Origin: Balanoglossus misakiensis
Lineage: Eukaryota > Animalia > Hemichordata
Assembly (NCBI GenBank): GCA_040954595.2
Contig: CM082596.2
Span: forward strand, 8,879,124-8,943,123
Direction of reading: 5' to 3'
Length of the DNA stretch: 64,000 nt
The translations under genes were made by a program, and so were the position numbers. Every line of letters begins with the position of its first letter. Position 1 is the stretch's first letter. Under the pieces are notes generated by a model. That model saw only the letters and a program-made list of their open reading frames with translations. It was not told where the DNA came from and ran no database searches. Below, piece by piece: positions 23,002 through 35,488 of the stretch.

Positions 23002-26000
23002 AACTAGGTTTCGGCATGGCATACGATCAACTTAAGAGCTAGGGGTGGCCAGATAATGCGTTTTATTGACCCCTACAGTACGGAACTAGGGGAGGGCATG
23101 GCATTTTATTATGAGTTGTAGAACTAGGCAAGACATTGGCAGACACTTTACTAAACCAAGTACATGAGCATTACAGTTGATTAGCCTCAACGTTTCAGTT
23201 CATAACTAGGAACATGGGCATGATATTTTACTAACAGTTCAAGTACCAGTACAACCCTTGGGGTGGGAGTAACATTTTATTAACAACTATAGAGAAGCAG
23301 GGAGGGCATGACATTTTTATTATTGGTAACTTATAGTACAAAGTGAGTGTTGGACATGACATTTGACTAACAGTTATAGTACAGAACTAGGGGAAGGCAT
23401 GGCATTTTACTAAAAAGCAAGGGATGTGCATGATATTGTACTTACAGTTAAGTATTACATGTAGTACAATGAGGGATTGTCATAACATTTTATTAACAGC
23501 AACAGACAGAACAAGGGGAGGGTATGACACTTTATCATCAATTAACACAGCAAGGGGATGGGCATGGCATTGGACTACCAATTATAATACCAGTACTATG
23601 CTTGGGATAAGTGTAACATTTTACTTATAGGGATGGGAATATCATTTCATTAACAGCTGAAATACATAAGGGGAGAGTATGATATTTTATTATTAGTCAT
23701 AGTGTCACTAATGGTATAACATTTTAGCATGACACATTTTGCAGAATTAGGAGCAGACATTATACTTTATTAACAGTACAGAGAATATTTTCATGCAATT
23801 GCAGATTGCAAGGAACATTCAAAACTTTATTTTGTTATGTTTATGTTAATGCCATATCAGATACCTCATGTGCAACTATCACTCTTTCAACTTTCATATT
23901 CAAGTATTTTTCAGCAACAGTAGGGAAGGGGTCGTCGCGCCGCGAGGGTGTCCCCCTTGATGAGAATATGCCCTCCCATACCAGTGCAAACCCCACAATG
24001 GCGACCTCACGGGATCTGATTCACTCAGATCAGTACACGTCCTCTAGTGTTTAATGCTACATCATTTTTGAGTGCATATGTCTCGAATTGTACCAAATAA
24101 GTTAACATGGACGATTACATTGACACCCAACAAACTAAGCACATGACTAACTCGCCTTTGGCAATTACAAACAAGTCACCCGCGAACGAGGCTGGAAGGC
24201 GTGGCTTTCTGGTATGCAAATGCAGATACAAATGGCTCCTCGAGAACGAAGACACGTCGAAAGACTTCTCCGACGTAGTCTGTTTTTATATTTACTGTAA
24301 ATGAGTTTTGGTGTGATAGTCGTTACAGACACTATTATTAGCGCTGTGTCTTAATTCGCCTCACCGACGGTCGCAACACGACTTTCCGTTCGCACGTGTT
24401 CGCTCAACCACACTCCTATTTTCCGGAGAGCAATGGCGGGCGAAGCGCGAAGATGTAGCAACACTTGGCATTTCTCTACTAGTACACGTGTACTCTGGGC
24501 ACCGTACTCCTCACGGGATCTGATTCACTCAGATCAGTACACGTCCTCTAGTGTTTAATGCCACGTCATTTTTTTGAGTGCATAGCTGGGATGAAATGAC
24601 AGTTTATTATCAGTCGGTACACATGACATTTTCGGCCTATTTGGAGTGTGCACAAGTTTTATAAGCTTTATAGGACCATCTAAGCTCTAAGTCACAATAC
24701 AGAACTAGGTTTCGGCATGGCATACGATCAACTTAAGAGCTAGGGGTGGCCAGATAATGCGTTTTATTGACCCCTTCAGTACGGAACTAGGGGAGGGCAT
24801 GGCATTTTATTATGAGTTGTAGAACTAGGCGCAAGACATTGGCAGACATTTTACTAAACCAAGTACATGAGCATTACAGTTGATTAGCCTAAACGTTTCA
24901 GTTCATAACTAGGAACATGGGCATGATATTTTACTAACAGTTCAAGTACCAGTACAACCCTTGGGGTGGGAGTAACATTTTATTAACAACTATAGAGAAG
25001 CAGGGAGGGCATGACATTTTTATTATTGGTAACTTATAGTACAAAGTGAGTGTTGGACATGACATTTGACTAACAGTTATACATGTAGTACAGAACTAGG
25101 GGAAGGCATGGCATTTTACTAAAAAGCAAGGAATGTGCATGATATTGTACTTACAGTTAAGTATTACATGTAGTACAATGAGGGATTGTCATAACATTTT
25201 ATTAACAGCAACAGTACAGAACAAGGGGAGGGTATGACACCTTATTATCAATTAACACAGCAAGGGGATGGGCATGGCATTGGACTACCAGTTATAATAC
25301 CAGTACTATGCTTGGGATAAGTGTAACATTTTACTTATAGGGATGGGAATATCATTTCATTAACAGCTGAAATACATAAGGGGAGAGTATGATATTTTAT
25401 TATTAGTCATAGTGTCACTAATGGTATAACATTTTAGTATGACACATTTTGCAGAATTAGGAGCAGACATTATACTTTAGGGAGCCGTCATTATTTATGG
25501 CCTGGGGGGGGGGGGTCGGAGGAATGAAGGGGGGGGTTACTCAAAAATTGGAAGGCTGCAGGGGGGGGTTTCTCAAAAATTGTAGATGAAGAGGGGGGGG
25601 GGGTCACTCATTTTTGGGAAATGTATCAAAGTTTTTCAACTGAAAGATTTAGTTGTGTGCTGTGCAAGTGCTGCAGCGCTCCGCGACCTCCGGTCGCGGA
25701 ACACCAGAGTGTCCACACTGCACTGTCAAAGTATTTTTCCCCAAATTTGCTGATAAAGGATTGGCATGCTTGCCTGATCATGCATAAAAAACATATCTCC
25801 TTATTATATCAACAAAGTTTGATAATCATTTTGACTTTTAACGATGCCTGTCCAAATTACACAATGCTACTTGATGGTTACTGGTTATTAATAGCATATG
25901 ATTCTGGTAACTCACAGCCCCTCGGGTGTAATAAACGGCCGCTATGGCCCTCATGGCCAGGCAATAGGTGTTCAATACAGATACATGTATTGATATGTAG

Positions 26001-27907
26001 TTGTTCCGGTTTTAGGGGGGGGCCAGTCGAAATTTCTGTGTTGGAAGGGGGGGGGGGGGTTTCTCAAAATCTGCATGCTTGGCAGGGGGGGTTTCTCAAA
26101 ATTTTGGAGTTTCTAGTGTAATTCCTCCGACCCCCCCCAGGCCGTAAATAATTACGGCTCCCTTATTAACAGTACAGAGAATATTTTCATGCAATTGCAG
26201 ATTGCAAGGAACATTCAAAACTTTATTTTGTTATGTTTATGTTAATGCCATATCAGATACCTCATGTGCAACTATCACTCTTTCAACTTTCATATTCAAG
26301 TATTTTTCAGCAACAGTAGGGAAGGGGTCGTCGCGCCGCGAGGGTGTCCCCCTTGATGAGAATATGCCCTCCCATACCAGTGCAAACCCCACAATGGCGA
26401 CCTCCCGGGATCTGATTCACTCAGATCAGTACACGTCCTCTAGTGTTTAATGCCACATCATTTTTGAGTGCATATGTCTCGAATTGTACCAAATAAGTTA
26501 ACATGGACGATTACATTGACACCCAACAAACTAAGCACATGACTAACTCGCCTTTGGCAATTACAAACAAGTCACCCGCGAACGAGGCTGGAAGGCGTGG
26601 CTTTCTGGTATGCAAATACAGATACAAATGGCTCCTCGAGAACGAAGACACGTCGAAAGACTTCTCCGACGTAGTCTGTTTTTATATTTACTGTAAATGA
26701 GTTTTGGTGTGATAGTCGTTACAGACACTATTATTAGCGCTGTGTCTTAATATATTAATTCGCCTCACGGACGGTCGCAACACGACTTTCCGTTCGCACG
26801 TGTTCGCTCAACCACACTCCTATTTTTGCGGAGAGCAATGGCGGGCGAAGCGCGAAGATGTAGCAACACTTGGCATTTCTCTACTAAGACACGTGTACTC
26901 TGGGCACCGTACTCCTCACGGGATCTGATTCACTCAGATCAGTACACGTCCTCTAGTGTTTAATGCCTCGTCATTTTTTGAGTGCATAGCTGGGATGAAA
27001 TGACAGTTTATTATCAGTCGGTACACATGACATTTTCGGCCTATTTGGAGTGTGCACAAGTTTTATAAGCTTTATAGGACCATCTAAGCTCTAAGTCACA
27101 ATACAGAACTAGGTTTCGGCATGGCATACGATCAACTTAAGAGCTAGGGGTGGCCAGATAATGCGTTTTATTGACCCCTACAGTACGGAACTAGGGGAGG
27201 GCATGGCATTTTATTATGAGTTGTAGAACTAGGCAAGACATTGGCAGACACTTTACTAAACCAAGTACATGAGCATTACAGTTGATTAGCCTAAACGTTT
27301 CAGTTCATAACTAGGAACATGGGCATGATATTTTACTAACAGTTCAAGTACCAGTACAACCCTTGGGGTGGGAGTAACATTTTATTAACAACTATAGAGA
27401 AGCAGGGAGGGCATGACATTTTTATTATTGGTAACTTATAGTACAAAGTGAGTGTTGGACATGACATTTGACTAACAGTTATACATGTAGTACAGAACTA
27501 GGGGAAGGCATGGCATTTTACTAAAAAGCAAGGGATGTGCATGATATTGTACTTACAGTTAAGTATTACATGTAGTACAATGAGGGATTGTCATAACATT
27601 TTATTAACAGCAACAGACAGAACAAGGGGAGGGTATGACACTTTATTATCAATTAACACAGCAAGGGGATGGGCATGGCGACCTTGGCGGGCGAAGATGT
27701 AGCAACACGTGGCATTTCTCTACCAGTACACGTGTACTCTGGGCACCGTACTCCTCACGGGATCTGATTCACTCAGATCAGTACACGTCCTCTAGTGTTT
27801 AATGCCACGTCATTTTTTGAGTGCATAGCTGGGATGAAATGACAGTTTATTATCAGTCGGTACACATGACATTTTCGGCCTATTTGGAGTGTGCACAAGT
27901 TTTATAA
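23001..27907. repeat. ~1.7-kb tandem macrorepeat (units start at 23001, 24702 and 27106; third unit internally deleted)
   Basis: Near-identical units, each with a degenerate ~40-bp minisatellite and a GC-richer module bounded by ~75-bp direct repeats. Confidence 0.9.
25480..26162. mobile_element. PIF/Harbinger-type MITE with TTA TSD
   Basis: TIR GGGAGCCGTCATTATTTATGGCCTGG / CCAGGCCGTAAATAATTACGGCTCCC. The empty site TATACT-TTA-TTAACAG is present in unit 1 at 23761. Confidence 0.9.
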
Positions 27908-28746
27908 GGGACCGTTCAGTTTTTACGGCCGGGGGGGGGGGGTCACTTAAATTTTGAAGTCCCAAAGGAGGGGGGGGTCATCGTTTTTTTTAAACGTTTA
28001 GGGGGGTGGGTCACTTACTTTTGCCACAAAACTTTCGCTTTTGAGTCCACAAAATTGCAGTTTCGCGCCCTTTATTTTACAAAATTTTCTAATGTACAAT
28101 GAGGGATTGTCATACCCCCTCCATTCTTTGCCACATTTCATTTATTGGCTGGTTTGCCTAGTGTATGAGGGCCGACTACTTGTCACCCCACCACACCGAT
28201 GCGTACTTTGAGTGGAGTGGCAAAAGTAAAATTGGTCCTCCCCAATATTGAGTTAATTTGCTTTTGCGTTCATTAAAATGCAACTTTCAGCCCGATATTT
28301 TACAAAATTTTCTTATATGGGAGGGGGACACCCCCTCCCACACCCACCCTCATCATTCTTCACCACATCTAGTGTACCAAGGCGTAGCACTTGCCCACCC
28401 CACCCCCCATTAACTCAACTACCGGTATGTTTGGGAGGACAAATTTAACCGTCGGCGCTCAAAGTTATCATGGGGTGGGGGCAAGTCCCCTCACCTGAGA
28501 CACTTGATAATCCAGTCAATGATTGAAAGGTGCCGATGAATGGAGGGGGTGTCCCCCTCCCTCATTAGAAAATTTTGTTAAATAAAGGGCGCGAAACTGC
28601 ATTTTTGTGGACTGAAAATAAATATTTATCGTCAAAGTTTTCAAGTCCCCCCCCTTTCAGTCCCTAAATTATTTCAAATCCCCCCCTTACATACCCTCAA
28701 TTTTTTCAAATCCCCCCCCCCCTCAATTCTCCCGTCCCCCCCTCCA
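27908..28746. mobile_element. Chimeric MITE remnant: inverted 13184-family end joined to the right part of the 22203 family
   Basis: Begins GGGACCGTTCAGTTTTTACGGCC after TAA; 28420-28746 repeats ~22642-22983. Confidence 0.7.
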
Positions 28747-28880
28747 TATGCATATTTTTCATGGGTTATAGCTCATGAAAACTGATGACAAATTTTCGAC
28801 TTTGCTGATGATTGTTTATCAACTGATGCAAAGAACAAACAATAGCTATGTAAATACGCCTAGTCTGTCGCGGCGCCCAG

Positions 28881-30790
28881 ACATATGTGTAATGCTCTTT
28901 CGTGAGTGACCCTCTCTTATTTTTATTAATACCCAATATTTTATTCTAAATCTTACTTTATGGACAAACCAGGATACTCTGAGAATTGTATTTCTTTTTT
29001 AAATTGGTAGGATATTTTCCAGGTTGCCTTTTACTTTAAATACCTGTAGAATAATTTTATTGTCAGTTGCCATTTGCTCACTTTTTAAATTTGGGCAGAA
29101 ATTTTTTCCAGTCTTGTTTCTAAATGTGGAGGACATTTTTTTTGTTCCTTTTTTTAGTTTTTTTTTTTTTTGCGGGTTATAATTTGAGGAAAGTGACATC
29201 GTTCTTTTTCCTGTAATGAAGCTACTCACTGAAACAGTGCACAAATATACTACATGTATATCCATCAACAATTCATCTTAATGTTCACAAACTCTAGAAA
29301 AAAGATCAAACAAATTCAAACGGCTTGGCTTTCTTGATTTCTCTATGAAGAGAGCTGAAGCCATTTTTTGTGTTGTACTGTTTTCGGATCATAATTTTGT
29401 TTTATTATTTTGAAACAGACTTGTCATATCACTGATCATCAATGCATCTTGATACTCACAAAAATGTGAATAAAACACAAACTATGACACAATTATATAC
29501 CACTGTAAAATATTTCCAGGTTGCCACAGACCGTGTGTATTTGTAAACATATGAATTTTGTGTCTCTATGGTACTTTGTGTTATGAAAATCTTGCAACCA
29601 AATAATGTGCTGAAAATTCATGATGTATATATTTTTTTGGCACCCAGCCTTTGCCAACAATCTTCCAGAACCTCTCCCCCCCCAAGGATATTAAATGACC
29701 CACCTCTTACCTATATCTTTGGGAGCCTCTTCAATAGCACAATCCAACAGTCCAGCAGTTTTGTCCTCCTTGATGTTGATGGCTGGGATTTGCCCACTTG
29801 CTAATTTCTGTAGATAATTTTCAGCAAAATTGACGACTTGGTCGGTTAGAATTCGACGTTCTTGGTGTGTGTGAGGCCTTTCCAATGGTTGATGGGTGCT
29901 GACACTTGCTGCATGATCAGACTCCATGGCTACACTGATACAGGCACTGTCCCTGTATACGATATATGTGATATATGGAACTGCGTGTTTATGTATTTTT
30001 ATCACACCTCAACGTATTCTGTCGTATTCGTGATTGGCTGAGACGCGCTCACGTGACAAAGAGAAAAAAGTGATATAAGATGGCAAGAGTTGTAGAGCCC
30101 TTTGTTGACATTGCCCGCTGTGTTGTTTTTGTGTACAATATCTCCTCCCAGTGTGAGACTTTATACCAGCTTAGCTGTAGTCTGTTTTAGTTAGTGATGA
30201 ATTTATATGTAAAACTGGGATGAAAATGAAAATATTCTGGTAATTTTTTTTTCCATTGACTTGGCATACGGCCGTGATACACCTTTATTCTTCTTTCACA
30301 AACCAGTAGACCTATGGTGCTTATGATATTATATTCTGATCATTTTCGCTTCAGTCATGAAAGAGTTGTCTTTCAATTTTTGTGTTTTTATAACTGTTTT
30401 TAATTTTGTCAATGGTATATCAACATTTTATACACCTGTGATACTGGGAGTGGGTGCACTGTCAGTCACTTCCAACTGTAGCAATGAATTCCCTTATCAG
30501 TTCCCTTCCCCATTCTATTAAATTTAGCTCCAAAATGTCACATTACTGAGAATTAAACGTATGCATTTGAAAACTTGTTGCAAAACAATATCTTTTCCCA
30601 GGCATGTGTGAGACTTTATACCAGCATTTCTGACCCCCATGGTTCGTTCAGAACATACTGGTACAAATGCATGGTACATCGAGTTTTAGCTTATTAAAAG
30701 CAAAAACTGACATATCTGGTTAATATAAAGTAACTGAAGTAATCCATCTGATCTTGTCACTGAATCCTTGATAAGTCTTCTATGAAGTGT
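28881..30790. repeat. Segmental duplication of ~57000-59660 (decarboxylase intron 1, exon 1, upstream region and methyltransferase 3' remnant)
   Basis: Collinear near-identity: 28881 matches 57000, 29927 matches 58120, and 30170-30790 matches 59047-59660. Confidence 0.9.
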
Positions 30791-31226
30791 GCAAAATCCC
30801 CATTATGGAAACAACCCGGTATGAGCATCAATCATCCCCAGAGGATATATTGCAGCATCTACATGATAACAGCCAATCAGAGCCCCTGAGCTCTGAGTGT
30901 GGATTTGGAAAGACGACTTGACTGCGTCTCTAAAAAGCCAAAGAGCGTGTATGGCGCCCTCTGGTGAGGCAAGCACATGATGCTGTTAAATTGTGAAATG
31001 ACAAATTGATTTCCTGACTAGATTCACGTGCCCATGTAAGTCTATGGGGAAAAGCGCCGTCACATCCGTGCAGTTTTTTTGCTTATCACGCCTCGGCCCG
31101 GTGACCATATTTGGAAGACGTGTTCAATATCCGGATCTAGTTTTGTGTTTATTGCGCGAGATTCGAAAGTTGTCGTTGCTACGTTCTGAATTAAATTTTT
31201 CTGGTGCGTGTTGCACTTGATTACCA

Positions 31227-31509
31227 AGGCTATTCAGATGCAAATTTTAAACTTTGCATATGAATAGTAATTTAGATGCTATGCATTTTTTTTGTTTTAT
31301 AGTAAAATAAGAGAAATCAGTCCTGTTGCATGAATCCTTGATCTCACAATCTGTTGTTTAAATTGACAGCTGTAAATATTTTCCCTATAGTTTTGATTTG
31401 TAAAAAAAGAAAAAAATGCGACCTTGATTAAAGAGCAACCTATCGACCAAACCAAACATAAAGTTTTGTTGAGCTTGATACCGTCCAGAGTTCCGGGCCA
31501 ACAGCCAGT
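31227..31509 (+). promoter_or_regulatory. Second U2 upstream promoter region
   Basis: Inverted homolog of 20459-20753, with PSE-like TCGACCAAACCAAACATAAAG at the same spacing. Confidence 0.6.
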
Positions 31510-31538
31510 ATCGCTTCTAGGTCTTTTGGCTAAGATCA
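31510..31538 (+). pseudogene. RNU2: U2 snRNA 5' fragment (nt 1-29, two substitutions)
   Basis: ATCGCTTCTAGGTCTTTTGGCTAAGATCA; no matching 3' half seen in the window. Confidence 0.88.
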
Positions 31539-31813
31539 TGTCACCAGGCGGTACTGACTTATTAAGAAGAGTGACAACTGCCAATCTCTGTGAAGTGCCC
31601 AAGCGTGCCTGCTGCTCTGGATCCAGTGATCTCTCTAATTTGGAAAAAAAAAAATCCTGCTCACTAGAACTAAGCGAATCTGTCGGTGAAAAAAGACTGG
31701 CGAAATAATCACAAATAACTGAAGAAATACCATCTTGATCAGTACGAACATTTATGGAAAGCCGTGGCTGTCTTAAGTGACATAAATTTATGTTGACATG
31801 GGGATTCTTTATA

Positions 31814-32650
31814 TAATGATGTGCATACGTTATAAGGTGATGCACATACGTTATAAGGTGATGGGCATACATTATAAGGTGATGCACATACGTTATAAGG
31901 TGATGGGCATAGGTTATAAGGTGATGCGCAAATGTTATAAGGTGATGCGCATACGTTATAAGGTGATGGGCATACGTTATAAGGTGATGCACATACGTTA
32001 TAAGGTGATGGGCACACGTTATAAGGTGATGCACATATGTTATAAGGTGATGGGCATATGTTATAAGGTGATGTGCAAACGTTATAAGGTGATGCACAAA
32101 CGTTATAAGGTGATGCACATATGTTATAAGGTGATGTGCATACGTTATGAGGTGATGGGCATAGGTTATAAGGTGATGGGCATATGTTATAAGGTGATGT
32201 GCATACGTTATAAGGTGATGCGCATAAGTTATAAGGTGATGGGCATACGTTATAAGGTGATGCACATACGTTATAAGGTGATGGGCACACGTTATAAGGT
32301 GATGCACATATGTTATAAGGTGATGGGCATATGTTATAAGGTGATGTGCAAACGTTATAAGGTGATGCACAAACGTTATAAGGTGATGCGCATAAGTTAT
32401 AAGGTGATGCGCAAATGTTATAAGGTGATGCGCATACGTTATAAGGTGATGCGCATACGTTATAAGGTGATGCGCATACGTTATAAGGTGATGGGCACAC
32501 GTTATAAGGTGATGCACATATGTTATAAGGTGATGGGCATATGTTATAAGGTGATGTGCAAACGTTATAAGGTGATGCACAAACGTTATAAGGTGATGCA
32601 CATATGTTATAAGGTGATGTGCATACGTTATGAGGTGATGGGCATACGTT
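31814..32650. repeat. 21-bp minisatellite (CGTTATAAGGTGATGCACATA), ~40 copies; ~5 inverted copies at 35870-35980
   Basis: Visible directly; gives the spurious HHLITYA / SPYNVCA / YKVM ORFs. Confidence 0.95.
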
Positions 32651-32689
32651 GTAAAAAATTGCAGCTGCACTTCTCATATAAAATGTAAA

Positions 32690-35488
32690 TTGTTTGGTTT
32701 ACCCCCTGACCTTTGACCCTCATTGGATAATTGCGTATCTAACTGAGGCTGAACCAACAGAACCAGGAACTAGTTTTTGGTGAACATGTAAGAGTAATTT
32801 GACCCTCATGAATTATGTGTGTTTCTGATTCTTGGCTACAAATATACATGGAAAGCTGCTGACCTCCATGACCTTTGACCTTAATAGTATATATATGCGC
32901 TTTACTACATAACTATAAAACCTACTGGCTTCATACTTAGTGGGATGATTTTTTTGGATATGGACCAGTTATGGATCAAATATTTTGATACAAATTTTGG
33001 TGACCTTGAGATAACCCTTGACCTATTTTCTTATACCTCAACTTCTATAGAAGATGAAGCCTTGGCATTTGGAGGGATGGAACACCTAATGGAGTCTGAT
33101 ACTTTAACTCATTAATTATGTGCAGACATTATTCCAGGGTAACCAATAGGACCAGGCATTTGGTTTTTGTTGGATATGAACCAGAATAGGTTCAAAATTC
33201 TCTGACAAAATTTTGGGTGATCTTGGGTAACCCTTGATCTACTTTCCCATATCTAACCATTATGGCTAGAATCTAGGTTTTCTTGGATATGGACTAGTTT
33301 ATGATAAACTTGGGGTGATTCTTGACCTACATTCACACTAACTAGGCATTTGGTGGGTCCGCTTGGGCCTCACTAAGGCTTGAATTTTCAATTAGTCACA
33401 TGACATGGCAGCCATATTGGATTTTCTGTAAACCGATGATAAGTTAACCCTTGAAACGCCATGCCCGAATATATTCGTACATGCCCAACCCACTCTCACT
33501 GCCACGCCCGAATATATTCGTACACAAGTCTCGCTCACCCCCCCTCAGTTTAGAATGTGATTTCCCGCTATTTTGAAGTCACCTGACAAAGATTTCCTTC
33601 TTATAACCTTTGAACCTTGTTTTCTACCATATATGGACTAAATCATTACATCATCCGTTCCCTAAATAGAAATTTGGGTTAATTTATGCGAACTTTTCTA
33701 CGTTGGCAAACTTTATGAATGGAACGCAAAGGTCATGATCCCAACGGCTGGCCGTCCTCGCGATACTAGGCAAAGTGTTTTGAAATAAAGGAATAGTAAA
33801 CATGTTATTTTGTCCCCAAAATATTTTCAGATAATGATAAAAGAAAAGATTTGGTGATTTTTTGACAAAAGTTTTGTGAAAAATATGATGTAAATATAGA
33901 TCGAGTGTAAGTTTTGAAGTAGGTCATAAGGTCACGAGACGAGGTCAAGAGACAGTGCAGATCGGAACATCAGAAACTGTCATAAGAGTTCAAAAAGCTA
34001 CGTAATTTTTGCCAACTACACCAAAATGGTCAAATGGCACATGATATCACCTATTGAAAGTAAAATTTGGTGTGTTTTTTAATGTTTGATCTCTTATCCA
34101 GACGATCGAGGCCGGCCTTTTTGCATGTAAGTTTGTATGTCGGCCGATACATGATTTTGACGGTTACGGTAAACAAATTTCACGGCATATCGCTGATCTC
34201 ATTTTTATTCTTGTGGATGAGAGTATCATGAATTTCACTGTCCGCTTTCTCAAAAACACTTACAAAAAACTCTGCTAAGATATTCTTCTGTTGAAAATAC
34301 TCTTCAGTACAAATTGATATAGTTGCACATGCATTTACCCGCATGCGATATGGGGTGGTGACAGTGGTTAGACTTAGTTATTTGTAAGTTGACACACAAT
34401 TTATATGAAATGAAGCAAAGATGTGGTATATCTGTTTTTTCCCAGAGTATTGCAATGATGTTGTTTTGCCGTTTTTTTTTTATTATTTTGTTGATAACTT
34501 TTGTTTTTGATCTACATGTATTGAGTCATTTCAGTAAAGGTCAATAGTAAAATATTTTTATTTACATATGCAAATGTATGTTTGTTTATTGTTTGTTTAT
34601 GTTTACCAAAATAAAATAAACAAAATGATGACTTCAAAATATGAAGATGCACATTCTTAAAATGTTCTGCAAGTTTGACAGCAATTCGACAATTTGTTTA
34701 AATTTTACAGCCTAATAAATATTTTCATAAATTTTTTGACCAAAAATGGATGTTTTAGCCCATTTTTACAGATTTTAGGTGACATAACATTGACATCAAT
34801 ATAACTGTTGGCTTCTCCGTTTTATGTAGATGGAAATTCATACAGGGTTTACAGGGTTTTTTCCAACAGACAGAGAACTATAGTCAGTTCAAATAGATGA
34901 AACATATCTTTGGTATGTTCTGAAAATATCTTGGCAATGGGGAGTAGCAGTGCATAAAAGTCTATGGCATTGTAAGGGTTAATATTTGATTGCAAGCCTG
35001 AATATTGACAGCACTCAAATTCTCTTTATGGATATGAGTCATCATATGGCCGTTATTTGTCACAATTTTTGGGAATTTTCACATGACCTTTGACCCAGTT
35101 TCTAAGAACCTAATTATACATATGCATATGTCTTATACCTCATTTTGTTAAAGCACCAGAGTCATGACTTTTGTGCAAATGAGTATAATCACGGTCAGGA
35201 CATGACAAAATTTTGGGGTCACTTGTGACACCTGCTTCACTAATTAATTATGTACAATTCCACGCTAACTAATAGAGCTAGAGGTTTGATTTTTGTTGGT
35301 CATGGATGAGTATGGGGTCGCAATCTTTGCCCATATTTTGGGTGACCTCAGGAGACCTAATGACCTACTTTCCCATATCTTACCATGAGGACGAGAATTC
35401 TGATTTTTCTTGGACATGGACGTATTTGATGAACTTAGGGTTATCCTTGACCTATCCTTGGCCCCGTTAACACTGCTTGCAGCTTTAA
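32690..35488 (+). mobile_element. Helentron/HINE-like fragment nested in the IS3EU-like element
   Basis: TGACCTTTGACC motifs; 3' end CTTGGCCCC...CTGCTTGCAGC resembles ~7760-7790. Confidence 0.5.
33448..34978. mobile_element. piggyBac-like non-autonomous element
   Basis: TTAA|CCCTTGAAACGCCAT ... ATGGCATTGTAAGGG|TTAA. Confidence 0.75.

Larger units (their letters stand above)
21406..29927 (-). pseudogene. Duplicate of the PLP-dependent decarboxylase gene; retains exon 1 (29927-29711), exon 7 (22056-21950) and exon 8 (21677-21406)
   Basis: Near-identical to those exons of 50636-58120. Exons 2-6, including the DPHK lysine, are replaced by repeats at ~22203-28880. Confidence 0.85.

Noticed and set aside
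23806-26700. Duplicated 82-aa and 65-aa ORFs
   Set aside because: Their identity reflects the recent 1.7-kb tandem repeat; no domain features.
31297-32688. His-rich or Cys-rich repeat proteins, or a CRISPR-like array
   Set aside because: A 21-bp head-to-tail minisatellite within a transposon TIR; no unique spacers, no cas genes, eukaryotic context.
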